In this document: piece by piece, positions 39,680-50,233 of the stretch | Position numbering within the stretch: the first letter of the stretch is position 1 | Layout: every line of letters begins with the position of its first letter | NCBI GenBank assembly: GCA_900766555.1 | Contig: CAAFVR010000008.1 | Location: forward strand, 1 to 64,000 | DNA: 64,000 bases | Reading direction: 5' to 3' | Origin: Helicobacteraceae bacterium | Lineage (GTDB): Bacteria > Campylobacterota > Campylobacteria > Campylobacterales > Helicobacteraceae | Program-made: the position numbers and the translations under genes | The notes under the pieces: model-generated | What the model was told of the DNA's origin: nothing | Databases searched by the model: none | Seen by the model: the letters and a program-made list of their open reading frames with translations, nothing else

Positions 39680-40351
39680 ATGCTTGAAGGCTTTTTGAGT
39701 TTTTTTACAAATATTAATGGATTTTTCTACATTTTGGGATATTTGATTGGGGGTATTCCATTTGGATATTTGTTAGTTTTTAGCTTCTATAAAGTTAGAT
39801 TAACGCAAGTTGGCAGCAAGTCAGTTGGCGCCACAAATGTATATCGCGTGTTAAAAGATATAGCTCCAAATCGGGCAAAAAAGTTCATGATTGCTACCAT
39901 TTTTTTAGATTCCACAAAGGGCCTTTTTGTAATTTTGGCAGCCAAGCTTATGGGCGTTGGTTATGATGTGCAATGGCTTATAGCTATTTTTGTAGTGCTT
40001 GGGCATTGCTATAGTATTTTTTTATTTTTTCTTGGCGGGAAGGGCGTAACAACTGCGATTGGAACTACGATTTTGCTAATGCCAATTGAGGGAATAATCG
40101 GATTAATTATTTGGGGATTAGTTGGTAAATATTTAAAGATCTCAAGCCTATCTTCGCTTTTTGGCGTCTTGGGCGCTATTATTTGCACCTTTTTCATACC
40201 GGATCTATTGCATTTGCCAGAAGCTATAAATATTACAAAACAGATTGGTTCGCATACTCCGGTTGTGATAATTGGCGTTATTGTGCTTTGGACGCATTTG
40301 CCAAATATATATCGCTTAATTTTTGGCATGGAGCAAAAAATTATTGGCTAG
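39680..40351 (+). CDS. plsY: glycerol-3-phosphate acyltransferase PlsY
   Basis: GSKSVGATNVYRV motif in a polytopic membrane protein. Confidence 0.85.
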   Translation: MLEGFLSFFTNINGFFYILGYLIGGIPFGYLLVFSFYKVRLTQVGSKSVGATNVYRVLKDIAPNRAKKFMIATIFLDSTKGLFVILAAKLMGVGYDVQWLIAIFVVLGHCYSIFLFFLGGKGVTTAIGTTILLMPIEGIIGLIIWGLVGKYLKISSLSSLFGVLGAIICTFFIPDLLHLPEAINITKQIGSHTPVVIIGVIVLWTHLPNIYRLIFGMEQKIIG

Positions 40352-40712
40352 ATATAGTATCTCGCTTAAAAATCTAATATTAGATGCGCGCGTTGGCATA
40401 TTAGAATCTGAAAAAAATGCGCAAAAAATAGAGATAAATTTAAGCTGCGCCTACGAAATATATGAAGCAAAAGATGATGTTTTTTTAGATTACACAAAGC
40501 TTATTTCTGAGATCAAGCGCGTTGTTAAATCATCTCATTTTGGATTATTAGAGCAACTTTGTGATGCATTAATAGAGGCGCTAAAAATATTTAATAATGA
40601 AAATTTAAGCATTAAAGAAGCCTCAGTTGAGATTACAAAATTAGAGTTATTTAAGATTTGTGATATTGATAAGGGAGCTAAAATTAGCGTACAAAAAAGT
40701 TCTATATTTTAA
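40323..40712 (+). CDS. folB: dihydroneopterin aldolase-like
   Basis: 129 aa. LDARVGILESEK..QKIEINL pattern; follows plsY as in related genomes. Confidence 0.55.
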   Translation: MAWSKKLLARYSISLKNLILDARVGILESEKNAQKIEINLSCAYEIYEAKDDVFLDYTKLISEIKRVVKSSHFGLLEQLCDALIEALKIFNNENLSIKEASVEITKLELFKICDIDKGAKISVQKSSIF

Positions 40713-40765
40713 TATCTCTCATATTTCTAGTTTTCGCGACCAGCGCTGTTATATCGTTGGCCACC

Positions 40766-40784
40766 CCCCTCGGGGCTTTTGGGA
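40766..40784 (+). terminator. weak candidate terminator after folB
   Basis: CCCC-cctc-GGGG hairpin followed by cttttggg. Short stem, low confidence. Confidence 0.25.
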
Positions 40785-40789
40785 TTCCG

Positions 40790-41287
40790 TTATTTTGTAG
40801 CTTTTTCTTGCAATTCTTTGGCTAGATCCGCTTGGAGGGCGCTTATTTTATTAACCACATCGCTTTTGACTCTGTATTGTCTTGCTATATGCTTGATATC
40901 TTCATAGGCTACTTCAGTTTTGCCATTTTTGCTATGGATTAGAAAGCGTAGCGGGAGTTCATATGCGATCTGGGGATTAATTTGCATTAATAGCGTGCCA
41001 ACTTTTGGATTTCCATAAACTACCACTTCTGTATCTGGGATTTTTAGCCCGGCTTCTTCGGCTAATTCTGAATGTTCAAAAACATCAAAAATCTTGATAT
41101 TTTTTTCTTTCAAAATGGATTCTAGGATTTCGCGAGTTTCTTCAACGCTTTTTGATACCGAAATTGTAGTTAGATTATCCACGCGCTTCTCCGTTTTATG
41201 AGATCTTTTATTATTATGTGAGTTTGCACTAATTGGCGCTAAGCAAAGCGCGCTAACAGCTATGATTGAAAGCAATTTATACTTCAT
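40790..41287 (-). CDS. secreted DUF302-like protein
   Basis: Signal peptide followed by a DUF302-like alpha/beta core. Confidence 0.45.
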   Translation of the reverse strand: MKYKLLSIIAVSALCLAPISANSHNNKRSHKTEKRVDNLTTISVSKSVEETREILESILKEKNIKIFDVFEHSELAEEAGLKIPDTEVVVYGNPKVGTLLMQINPQIAYELPLRFLIHSKNGKTEVAYEDIKHIARQYRVKSDVVNKISALQADLAKELQEKATK

Positions 41288-41323
41288 GTTTATCCTTTAA
41301 AAAATGTCATTTTATACAAAATA

Positions 41324-42607
41324 TCACTCCAAATAGCTTTTTTTAGGCGTTAGTGCGGTAGATAAAATAACCAAAAGCATTATCACAGCGATATAGATAA
41401 AAAAGCCATCTTCAAAGCCATAATTTTTGAATTTGAGCGCAATGTAATTTGCACTTCCGCCAAAAATCGCATTTGGAATTGCATGCGCTAATCCAATACC
41501 CATTGCGCGCACATGCGTTGGAAAGAACTTACTTTTAAAAATCCCACCAATTGAAGTATAAAAACTAAGTATCACAAAAAGGCCCAAAATCACTATAAAA
41601 GCACCCAAGGAGCTAGCGCTTTGACTCATAAATTTAAGGGCCAAAAATAGCGGATAAATAAATAAAAGTGATCCAATGCCAAAACCTAGCATAAGTCTTT
41701 TATGTCCGATTTTGTCACTCAAAATGCCAAAAATGGGCTGCATAACAATTAGTGCAACAAGTGCAAAAAGCATAATCAAATTTGACGTTTTTGCATCAAA
41801 GCCATTATTTATCATAAATATTTTTGTATATGTTGTGATGGTATAAAAAGCCAAGCTCCCGCCACTTGAGATACCGCCTATTAATAAAAGCATTTTCCAT
41901 TGTTTGAAAAGCTCTTTTGCTTGGCCTCTTTTTTCATGCTTGTGTAGATCTGATGTAGAATCCTCCATTAAGCGCCTAGAAAGCAGCGATAACAGGGCTA
42001 AAACGCCGCCAGCAAAAAATAAGATCCGCCAAGCAAAATCTCGCATTTCTTGCTCATTAAAAAATAAAAGCAAGATCGAGATACTAGCCACCGCGGCTAG
42101 CTGACCGCCAATTAACGTGGCTGGCTGAAAGCTCGCATAAAAGCCCCTTTTGCCTCGCTTGCCAATCTCGCTTAGATATGTTGCAGCGATACCATATTCT
42201 CCACCAACGCTAAGACCCTGTATCAAGCGCGCAAGCAGCAAGCCAAGTGCTGAATATTCGCCCAAAGTATCTTTTGTGGGCAATCCAGCGATTAAAAAAC
42301 TCCCAAAAGCCATTAATATAATTGACAAAATCATGGATGCTTTTCGGCCTGTTTTATCCGCAATTTGTCCAAAAATGTAACTTCCAAGTGGCCTCATCAA
42401 AAAACCAAGCGCAAAAATCCCAAAAGATTGGATCTGTTGAAGCATAAAATTATTTGAAATCGAAAAATGATGCGCAAAATATACGCTCAAAAATGCATAA
42501 ATATAAAAATCAAACCATTCAACCAAGTTCCCAGAACTCGCGGCAATGATTGAGCCTAGGCGCTTACGCTCATTTATTGGCCCATTTATCGTAGAAATAT
42601 GTTTCAT
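41324..42607 (-). CDS. MFS metabolite:H+ symporter (KgtP/ProP family)
   Basis: 12 TM helices and the signature GNLVEWFDFYIYAF. Start set at MKHIST. Confidence 0.8.
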   Translation of the reverse strand: MKHISTINGPINERKRLGSIIAASSGNLVEWFDFYIYAFLSVYFAHHFSISNNFMLQQIQSFGIFALGFLMRPLGSYIFGQIADKTGRKASMILSIILMAFGSFLIAGLPTKDTLGEYSALGLLLARLIQGLSVGGEYGIAATYLSEIGKRGKRGFYASFQPATLIGGQLAAVASISILLLFFNEQEMRDFAWRILFFAGGVLALLSLLSRRLMEDSTSDLHKHEKRGQAKELFKQWKMLLLIGGISSGGSLAFYTITTYTKIFMINNGFDAKTSNLIMLFALVALIVMQPIFGILSDKIGHKRLMLGFGIGSLLFIYPLFLALKFMSQSASSLGAFIVILGLFVILSFYTSIGGIFKSKFFPTHVRAMGIGLAHAIPNAIFGGSANYIALKFKNYGFEDGFFIYIAVIMLLVILSTALTPKKSYLE

Positions 42608-42787
42608 TTTGTAACCCCATCTGTAATAATTAACAATGTTGATAAAAGTTATCATTTTTATGCTTAAAGCGTTACGATTTTATACGCAAGTGGGATGAAA
42701 ATTATAAAAAATCTTCAAAATCTTGCACATTTTCTAAAAATATTTAGTTTTTCAATACGCTATTTGCAATAAATTAAAAGGAAAAGT

Positions 42788-43594
42788 ATGAGTGAGTATA
42801 AAAAAGTAGCAGTTGTAACAGGCGGCGGTGACGGTCTAGGCAAAGGCATTGCGCTGAAATATTTACAAAATGGGCTAAAAGTTGTGATTTCAGATATTAA
42901 TAAAAGCGTGCTTGAGGCCACAAAAGATGAATTTGCAAAAAAGGGCTTTGAAGTTACAACTTTTGTAGGCGATGTTAGTAAAAAAGCAGATCAAAAAGCG
43001 CTTGTGGATTTGGCTGTTAAAACATATGGACATTTGGATGTTTTTGTAAATAATGCCGGTATTGAGGGCGTAAAATGGCTAGCAGATGAGACAGACGAAA
43101 GCATTGATAGATTATTTGGCATTAATGTTAAAGGTGTGATTTTTGGCATCCAAGCAGCTTGCGAACAATATAAAAAACAATATGAAGAAGATAAAAAGGC
43201 TGGAACTAAGCGGATCTACAAAGTGATAAATGCTTGCTCAATCGCAGGTCATGAGACTTTTGAGCTGCTTGGGATATATTGCGCTAGCAAATACGCGGTG
43301 CGCAGTCTGACTCAGGGTGCGGCAAAGGAATATTCGCGCTTTAATATCATTGTGAATTCATATTGCCCAGGCGTAGCTGGCACGAAAATGTGGGATCGCA
43401 TAGATCCGGCACTTTCTGAAGCTTATGGTTGGAAAAAGGGCGAGGCTTTCAAAAAATTTACAGACCAGATCTTACTTGGCCGTCCGCAAGTTCCAGAAGA
43501 TGTAGCAGAGCTCGCATATTTTTTAGCAAGCGATGCATCAAATTACATAACAGGTCAAAGCATCATTACAGATGGCGGGATTGTCTATCGCTAG
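42788..43594 (+). CDS. short-chain dehydrogenase, acetoin reductase/diacetyl reductase-like
   Basis: VAVVTGGGDGLGKGIA cofactor motif and YCASKYAV catalytic YxxxK. Confidence 0.75.
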   Translation: MSEYKKVAVVTGGGDGLGKGIALKYLQNGLKVVISDINKSVLEATKDEFAKKGFEVTTFVGDVSKKADQKALVDLAVKTYGHLDVFVNNAGIEGVKWLADETDESIDRLFGINVKGVIFGIQAACEQYKKQYEEDKKAGTKRIYKVINACSIAGHETFELLGIYCASKYAVRSLTQGAAKEYSRFNIIVNSYCPGVAGTKMWDRIDPALSEAYGWKKGEAFKKFTDQILLGRPQVPEDVAELAYFLASDASNYITGQSIITDGGIVYR

Positions 43595-44387
43595 GTTTTA
43601 GAAACTCGTGTAATTTTTTGTACTCGAGTTTATTTAAAAAGCGGCTTTTGCTAGTTGGAAGCGCATTTAGGCTGATAAATCCAAATGAAATGCGCTTTAA
43701 ATCGAGCACTTCCGCGTTAAAATGCGCAAAAAAGCGTCTTATCTCGCGATTTTGGCCCTCTGAAATTGAGATTTTAAGCTTTGAAAAATTACCACTTTTT
43801 AGCACTTCAAAGCTCAAGAATGGCGCAAAAGTCATCTTTTCTATTTTACTTAGAGGGTGCGCGCCCTTTTTGGCATCTTCTAAAACAAGGCCATTTTCCA
43901 TTGCAAAAGTCATTTCTTTTGTGATTGGCGAATCTATTTTGACTAGATATGTTCTAGGCATTTTTGATTTCTCAAGTGCGCTTGCAATGCTTTTATCATC
44001 ACTTAAAATTAATAAACCCTCGCTGCTATAATCAAGTCGCCCAATGCTCGTAAAATGCGCAAATTTAGCATCAAGACTGTCAAAAATACGCCTGCGATTA
44101 AAGCTATCTTTTTTAGTTACAAGCTCGCCTTTTGGCTTGTTGTAGACTATTAATGTTGGGATTTTGGCGCGCTTTGATATCATTTTGCCATCTAAAAAAA
44201 CCTTATCTTTGGATGTTATTTTGTCGCCATTTTGGGCTATCTTGAAATTTATTTTGACGCGCTTTTCTTGGACGGCTAGATCCGCTTCTCTGCGCGATAG
44301 ATTTGAATAATGCGCGATAAATTGATTTATGCGCATGGCTTTTTCATTTTTATTTTGTTTATTTTGTGGCTTCATGCGCTTATGCAC
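43566..44387 (-). CDS. rRNA pseudouridine synthase (RsuA/RluB family) with an S4 domain
   Basis: S4 region MRINQFIAHYSNLSRREAD and catalytic GRLDYSSEGLLILSDD. The true start may be the internal M at about 44336. Confidence 0.75.
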   Translation of the reverse strand: MHKRMKPQNKQNKNEKAMRINQFIAHYSNLSRREADLAVQEKRVKINFKIAQNGDKITSKDKVFLDGKMISKRAKIPTLIVYNKPKGELVTKKDSFNRRRIFDSLDAKFAHFTSIGRLDYSSEGLLILSDDKSIASALEKSKMPRTYLVKIDSPITKEMTFAMENGLVLEDAKKGAHPLSKIEKMTFAPFLSFEVLKSGNFSKLKISISEGQNREIRRFFAHFNAEVLDLKRISFGFISLNALPTSKSRFLNKLEYKKLHEFLKPSDRQSRHL

Positions 44388-47300
44388 TCAATTTCATTAA
44401 TGTTATCTAGATTTTGTTGAAGTATTTTTAAGAGTGATTCTTCAAAATTTTGTGATACTTTTAATTTCGTTTTAAATAAATATTGCTCTTTTTTATCTTT
44501 TATAACGATTTTGAAATTGCAATTTCCCGCATTTTTGCTGGCCTCATCTTTTATTAGCGCAAAAATATGCTTTGGTATGTTGCTTGGTATTTTTAATATT
44601 ATTGAAATTGGTGCTTGTATTTTTTTATGTATTTGCGTGGCTTCTGTTCTTGCATTTTCTAGCGACATAATTTTTAAGAGGCGTAAATTCATCTCGCCTC
44701 GGTCATTTTCTAGTTCGCATTTTAGAGCCAAGGGTTTTTTTAGATCTAGATTTTCTATTTCATTTAAATGTTTTTCAAAAAGCATTATGTTAGCTTTGCC
44801 ATGCATATCTAGGATGTCGGCATTTGCGTATGGGCGGCCGGATTTGGCGATTTTGCGCTTTATTTCTATGATTTTAACAGCCATTATAAATTGTGATTTT
44901 TGCTCCATTGAGTCTAGATCTGAAGTATATGCAATGCCTCTAATTTTATTAATCTCAGATTTATATTGATCTAGCGGATGGCCTGAGACATATACGCCAA
45001 TTGATTTAAATTCATAATCTAGCAATTGCTCAAGTGGCGATTCTTCTATTTTGTTAAAAGAAAAGCTAATTGTTGATGTGAATTTTTCATCTCCTGCAAA
45101 AAGGCCATTATCTGAACTTTTAAGCTTATTTAGAGCGCGGCCTTTCTCACATATTGTGTCAATATTTTCTAGCATGCACGCTCTTGAATAGCCAAGATTA
45201 TCAAGTCCGCCCGCTTTAATTAGGGGCTCTAGGCTTCGTTTTGTTATTTTAGAAAAGTTAGATCTGCTTATAAAATCTTCTAAATCTTCGAACTTTCCGC
45301 CGCTTTCTCTTGATTGCAAAATATCATTTATAGGCTCACTTCCCATGCCATTTATTGCGCTAAGCCCAAATACAATTTTTTTATCTCCATTTTCTGTATC
45401 CATAACGCTAAAGTCAATATCAGAAATATTTACATGCGGAGCTACAACAGAAATGCCAAGAGCGCGCACTTCTGCTATGTATTTTGCGATGGATTCAATC
45501 TTTTCGCTTTCACTTGATAAAAGTGCTGCCATAAATTCATGTTTGTAATATGCTTTTAAATATGCCGTTTGAAACGTTATCATCGCATAGGCTGCGCTAT
45601 GACTTTTATTAAATCCATAGCCTGCAAATTTTACGATTAGCTCCCAGAGTTCGCCCGCTTTTTGCGTATCAAAGCCATTTTTATCTGCGCCATTTACAAA
45701 AGAAGATTTTAGCCTGTCCATTTCTTCTTTTACTTTTTTGCCCATCGCGCGACGTACTAGATCTGCTTCTCCAAGGCTGAACCCGCCAATTGTTTGCACA
45801 ATTTGAATGACTTGCTCTTGATATACGATTGAGCCATAAGTTGGGCTCAAAATTGGCTTTAATTCATCAAACATATAGCTTACTTTTTCAAGCCCATGCT
45901 TGCGATTTATGAAATCATCTACCATGCCAGATTCCATAGGACCGGGGCGACCAAGTGCTATTGTGGCCACTATGTCCTCAAATTTACTAGGTTTTAGGCG
46001 TTTATTTAGCGATTGAAACATGCTAGATTCGATCTGAAATATGCCTAGCGTGTCGCCACTTTGTATTACGTCATAAACCTTTTTGTCATTTACATCAACG
46101 CTTAAGAAATCGATATCTTTGTTGTAGCGCTTTTTTATTAGTAAGAGCGCATCATTTATCATTGTTAGCGTTTTAAGACCTAGAAAGTCAAATTTTATGA
46201 GGTCCACTTCTTCTAGATATTTCATTGAATATTGCGTAATCATTGTTTTGTCGCCATCTTTTTCGCTTGCGCAATAAATTGGCGTTTTATTCCAAAGCGG
46301 CGCTTCGCCATCAATTACAATTGCAGCGGCATGCTTGCCAGTTTGGCGTTTTAGTCCCTCGAGTTCTAGCGCATGATCCCAAACTTCGCGCGCTTTTGGG
46401 TTAGATCCGATGATTTCGCGTATCTTTGGTTCAATTTCATAGGCATCTTTTAATGTGACCATGCCTTTATTTTTATCAGGATTTCTATCTGGTATTAATT
46501 TGGCTAATGTGTCACTTTCATTTAGCGGCATTTCAAGCACGCGCGCAACGTCGCGAATAACGCTTCTTGCTAGCATTGAGTTAAAAGTTATTACTTGAGC
46601 TACATGTAACCAGCCATATTTTTTAACCACATATTCCACGACTTTTTCGCGTTTGCGCTGGCAAAAATCTGTATCAATATCTGGCATGCTAACCCGTTCT
46701 GGGTTCAAAAAGCGCTCAAAAAGTAAGTCATGTTTAATAGGGTCTATATCTGTGATTTTTAGACTAAAAGCCACGAGCGAACCGGCGGCAGATCCGCGTC
46801 CAGGGCCAACTGGGATACCCTCATTTTTAGCATAATTTATAAAGTCCCAAACAATTAGCATATATCCGCCAAACTTCATTTTATTTATGATGTCAATTTC
46901 GTATTCGAGCCTATTTTTATATATCTCATGCTTGCTTTCATCAATTATTTTAAGCCGAATTTCTAGCCCATCTCTGGCTTTTTTGGCAAAATAATCTGCA
47001 TCGCTAATGTTCGGATCTAGCCCATCTTTTTGCGCATATTCTTGCGTGAAAACAAAGCGAGGAGGGGTTGGCGGGTTGGCTTCATTTTTTAAATTGATTT
47101 CCAAGTTGCATTTGGCATCAATTTCTTGCGTATTTGCAAGCGCTTCTGGGATATCACTAAAAAGTCGGAGCATTTCATCATGAGATTTGACATAAAATTC
47201 TTCAATAACTTGCCCTAGCGAGCTACCCATGCGGATCTGCATCGCTAGATCTCGAGTTTTGGCATCTTTTTTGAGCGTGTAATGCGCATCATTTGTGGCT

Positions 47301-47920
47301 ATTAATTTTATGCCCGTTTCTTTTGAAATGCGGATCAAATTATCATCGATAAATTCTTGATCTTTTATGCCATGACGCATTATTTCAATATAAAAATCAT
47401 CGCCAAAAATGTCTTGATATTCGCGCGCGACATCTTTTGCAAAATCAAAGCCTCTTGCGCCGTATTTTTGATTTTTAGGATTTTGCGTATTTAGATGCCA
47501 GGGTATTTCGCCTTGCAAACAGGCGCCGGTGCAAACAAGACCATTTGAATGTTCTTTTAAGAGTTTTTTATTAATTCTTGGATAGTAATAAAAGCCATCA
47601 ATAAAACTAATTGAGCTTAGTTTCATCAGATTTTTATAACCTTCTTCATTTTTGGCAAAAAGGCAGAGATGAAAGCGCTGTTTTGATTCGCGAGATGAAA
47701 TAAGATCTTCATTATGTAAATAGGCTTCCATACCGATTATTGGCTTTATGCCCTCTTTTTTCATCGTTTTGTAGAATTCGATTGCGCCAAACATATTTCC
47801 ATGATCGCTCATTGAAACAGATTTCATGCCTAGATTTTTGACATGATTACATAGCGTTTTGATGCGATTTGCGCCATCAAGTAGCGAATATTCGGTGTGT
47901 AGATGCAGATGTGTATACAA
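44372..47920 (-). CDS. dnaE: DNA polymerase III alpha subunit
   Basis: 1182 aa. PHP domain N-terminus MYTHLHLHTEYSLLDGA. Confidence 0.95.
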   Translation of the reverse strand: MYTHLHLHTEYSLLDGANRIKTLCNHVKNLGMKSVSMSDHGNMFGAIEFYKTMKKEGIKPIIGMEAYLHNEDLISSRESKQRFHLCLFAKNEEGYKNLMKLSSISFIDGFYYYPRINKKLLKEHSNGLVCTGACLQGEIPWHLNTQNPKNQKYGARGFDFAKDVAREYQDIFGDDFYIEIMRHGIKDQEFIDDNLIRISKETGIKLIATNDAHYTLKKDAKTRDLAMQIRMGSSLGQVIEEFYVKSHDEMLRLFSDIPEALANTQEIDAKCNLEINLKNEANPPTPPRFVFTQEYAQKDGLDPNISDADYFAKKARDGLEIRLKIIDESKHEIYKNRLEYEIDIINKMKFGGYMLIVWDFINYAKNEGIPVGPGRGSAAGSLVAFSLKITDIDPIKHDLLFERFLNPERVSMPDIDTDFCQRKREKVVEYVVKKYGWLHVAQVITFNSMLARSVIRDVARVLEMPLNESDTLAKLIPDRNPDKNKGMVTLKDAYEIEPKIREIIGSNPKAREVWDHALELEGLKRQTGKHAAAIVIDGEAPLWNKTPIYCASEKDGDKTMITQYSMKYLEEVDLIKFDFLGLKTLTMINDALLLIKKRYNKDIDFLSVDVNDKKVYDVIQSGDTLGIFQIESSMFQSLNKRLKPSKFEDIVATIALGRPGPMESGMVDDFINRKHGLEKVSYMFDELKPILSPTYGSIVYQEQVIQIVQTIGGFSLGEADLVRRAMGKKVKEEMDRLKSSFVNGADKNGFDTQKAGELWELIVKFAGYGFNKSHSAAYAMITFQTAYLKAYYKHEFMAALLSSESEKIESIAKYIAEVRALGISVVAPHVNISDIDFSVMDTENGDKKIVFGLSAINGMGSEPINDILQSRESGGKFEDLEDFISRSNFSKITKRSLEPLIKAGGLDNLGYSRACMLENIDTICEKGRALNKLKSSDNGLFAGDEKFTSTISFSFNKIEESPLEQLLDYEFKSIGVYVSGHPLDQYKSEINKIRGIAYTSDLDSMEQKSQFIMAVKIIEIKRKIAKSGRPYANADILDMHGKANIMLFEKHLNEIENLDLKKPLALKCELENDRGEMNLRLLKIMSLENARTEATQIHKKIQAPISIILKIPSNIPKHIFALIKDEASKNAGNCNFKIVIKDKKEQYLFKTKLKVSQNFEESLLKILQQNLDNINEIECISA

Positions 47921-47937
47921 GATCTAGCCTTTAAGAT

Positions 47938-49293
47938 TCAAAGTATTCTAGGTGCTTTTTGCCACGAATTGGTATTAAAAAACCAGCGGAAAATAAATGC
48001 GCGCAAAAATGTCTCGATGCAAATAATGGCATAAAGTGTCCATAATGGCGCATTAATATAAACTAGTGCGCCCATTGGCAAAATGCGTAAAAACCAGATG
48101 CTGCCAACATTTAAAAATAGCGCAGTTTTAGTCATGCCAGCGCCACGCAATGCGCCATCATAAACGAAAATCCAAGCTAGCGGTATTTGACTAAGACCCA
48201 CGGCTATTAAATAGGCATATGAACTTTTGATAACTTCAGGATCAGAGGAAAAAATTTCTGAAAAAGCATTGCCAAATACAATTAGCAAGATCCCGCTTAT
48301 GCCCATAATAACGGATGAAAAAATGATGATCGTTTGTGTGTAGATCCGAGCTAGTTTTAGCTTGCCAGATCCGATGCTTTGGCCCATAAGCACCATTGCT
48401 GCGACCATGAAGCCAAATGTTGGCATAAATGAAAATGCCTCAATGCGCGCACCTACTTGCGATCCAGCCAATGCCAAATCACCATAATTTGAATAAAGCT
48501 TTGAGATAAATACGATTGCAAAAAGTATCAAGAAGCGCTCAACGCCAGTTGGCACGCCAATTTTTAGGCCCTTTGCAAAATAGCTCCAGTCAAATTTGGA
48601 TATTTTAAAAAGCAGCTTGGACCTAAACCAAAATGCTAAAAAAAGTATTAATTCTAAATATGCGCCAACTAATAAAGCCACGCCAGCGCCAATAATGCCA
48701 AGTGGTGGGATGCCTAAAAAATCTATACCAAAAACTAAGCCATAGCATAGGATTGTGACAACAATTGCTGAGATTATGCGGATTATGAGCGGATAAATCG
48801 TATTGCCAATGGCCGCAAAGGAGGCGATTATTATTGTCTTAAGCATTGTGGAGGGGAAGCTAAGCATTAAAATGCTCATAAATGTTGTGGCCAGATCATT
48901 TGCTTCGGCTGAGAGATCAAGCCATTGGAAATAATAAAATGAGCTCAAAAGGCCAAGTAACGTTATAGGAAGTGCGGAAATAAAGCCGCCAACTGCCATT
49001 GTTTGGGTCACTTTTGGGATATTACTAAGTATTTTTGCGCCAAAAAGTCGCGCAATTTGAGCATTTGTACCAACATAAAAAATGGTAGTAAAAGCATAAG
49101 CTAGCGTAAAAAAATTCAGCGAAATACTAACGGCTAGCACATGATTATCATCAATTCTGCCCATAAAAAATAGACAAATACCAATAACTAATATGTCAAA
49201 AAATGAGTTAAGTCCGCTAGGGATGGCCAAATTTACAACAACTCTTAGGCGCTTTTTGCCCTGCTTGGATCTAATGGATTTTAAAATTTTCAT
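47938..49293 (-). CDS. MATE family efflux transporter
   Basis: 451 aa with 12 TM helices and MATE-type topology. Confidence 0.75.
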   Translation of the reverse strand: MKILKSIRSKQGKKRLRVVVNLAIPSGLNSFFDILVIGICLFFMGRIDDNHVLAVSISLNFFTLAYAFTTIFYVGTNAQIARLFGAKILSNIPKVTQTMAVGGFISALPITLLGLLSSFYYFQWLDLSAEANDLATTFMSILMLSFPSTMLKTIIIASFAAIGNTIYPLIIRIISAIVVTILCYGLVFGIDFLGIPPLGIIGAGVALLVGAYLELILFLAFWFRSKLLFKISKFDWSYFAKGLKIGVPTGVERFLILFAIVFISKLYSNYGDLALAGSQVGARIEAFSFMPTFGFMVAAMVLMGQSIGSGKLKLARIYTQTIIIFSSVIMGISGILLIVFGNAFSEIFSSDPEVIKSSYAYLIAVGLSQIPLAWIFVYDGALRGAGMTKTALFLNVGSIWFLRILPMGALVYINAPLWTLYAIICIETFLRAFIFRWFFNTNSWQKAPRIL

Positions 49294-49337
49294 ATGGGAT
49301 TATATGATAATTGCAAAATCTTATATTTTAAGGTAGA

Positions 49338-49369
49338 AATGATAATGAATTGCGATATTATTATTAACA
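49338..49369 (+). promoter_or_regulatory. Fur-box-like site upstream of the efeO-efeB-FTR1 operon
   Basis: aaATGATAATGAATTGCGATATTATTATTaac contains TGATAATGA, which matches the Fur-box core. About 25 nt upstream of the efeO ATG. Confidence 0.4.
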
Positions 49370-49393
49370 TTTCATTTAATTTAAGGAGTTTTT

Positions 49394-50224
49394 ATGCAAA
49401 AGAGTGGTTTCATAAAATTGGCCCTAGGCGCTTGTTTGGCTCTTGGTCTGGCATTTGGTGCGGACTATGAGAAAGAAACAGATGCTTATAAAAATTTTGT
49501 GCTAGATCAGATTGATAATCTCGAATCTCAGACGCAAAAATTCGTAGATGCACTAAATTCTGGCAATTTGGCCGGAGCTAAGCAGATCTATCCACTAGCT
49601 CGCATGTATTATGAGAGATCTGAGCCAATTGCTGAAAGCTTTGGCGATTTGGATGGACGCATAGATTCTCGTTTAGCAGATCTGCAAGAGGAAGCTAAAA
49701 GTACCGATAAATCTATCGAAGAGGGTTGGGTTGGCTTTCATAAAATTGAGAAAATACTTTGGACGCAAAATACCACAAAGGGCACAAAAGAGCTCGCCCA
49801 AAATCTGATAAATGACATTAAAGAGCTTCGCGCGAAAGTCCCAACAATTGAAGTTACACCAGATCTTATGATAAATGGCGCGATAGATCTGCTAAATGAA
49901 GTTTCAACTAGCAAAATAACAGGTGAAGAAAATATCTTTGCTAAAACGGATCTGTACGATTTCCAAGCCAATATCGAGGGCGCGCAAAAAATATTTGAAA
50001 TCCTAAAACCAGCGATTGCAAATAAAAATGCAAAATTGGCAAAAGACATCCAAAAGCGCTTTGATGCCGTAAATAAAGAGCTAAAAAAATATAACAAATC
50101 TAAAAAAGGCTATGACTTTATAAGTTATGACAAATTAACACCTAAGCAGACGCGAGCATTGGCCGAGGTTGTAAGTAAACTTGGCGAGCCACTAGCACAA
50201 ATGGGTCAAATATTGGATAAATAG
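49394..50224 (+). CDS. efeO: EfeO/imelysin-like periplasmic iron-uptake lipoprotein
   Basis: Lipobox LGAC and an imelysin-like helical domain. Coupled to efeB and FTR1. Confidence 0.6.
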   Translation: MQKSGFIKLALGACLALGLAFGADYEKETDAYKNFVLDQIDNLESQTQKFVDALNSGNLAGAKQIYPLARMYYERSEPIAESFGDLDGRIDSRLADLQEEAKSTDKSIEEGWVGFHKIEKILWTQNTTKGTKELAQNLINDIKELRAKVPTIEVTPDLMINGAIDLLNEVSTSKITGEENIFAKTDLYDFQANIEGAQKIFEILKPAIANKNAKLAKDIQKRFDAVNKELKKYNKSKKGYDFISYDKLTPKQTRALAEVVSKLGEPLAQMGQILDK

Positions 50225-50233
50225 GAGTGGGTC

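Noticed and set aside
43429-44031. 200-aa plus-strand ORF overlapping the pseudouridine synthase gene
   Set aside because: Entirely antisense to the RsuA/RluB-family gene. Cys/Arg-rich translation typical of a non-coding frame.
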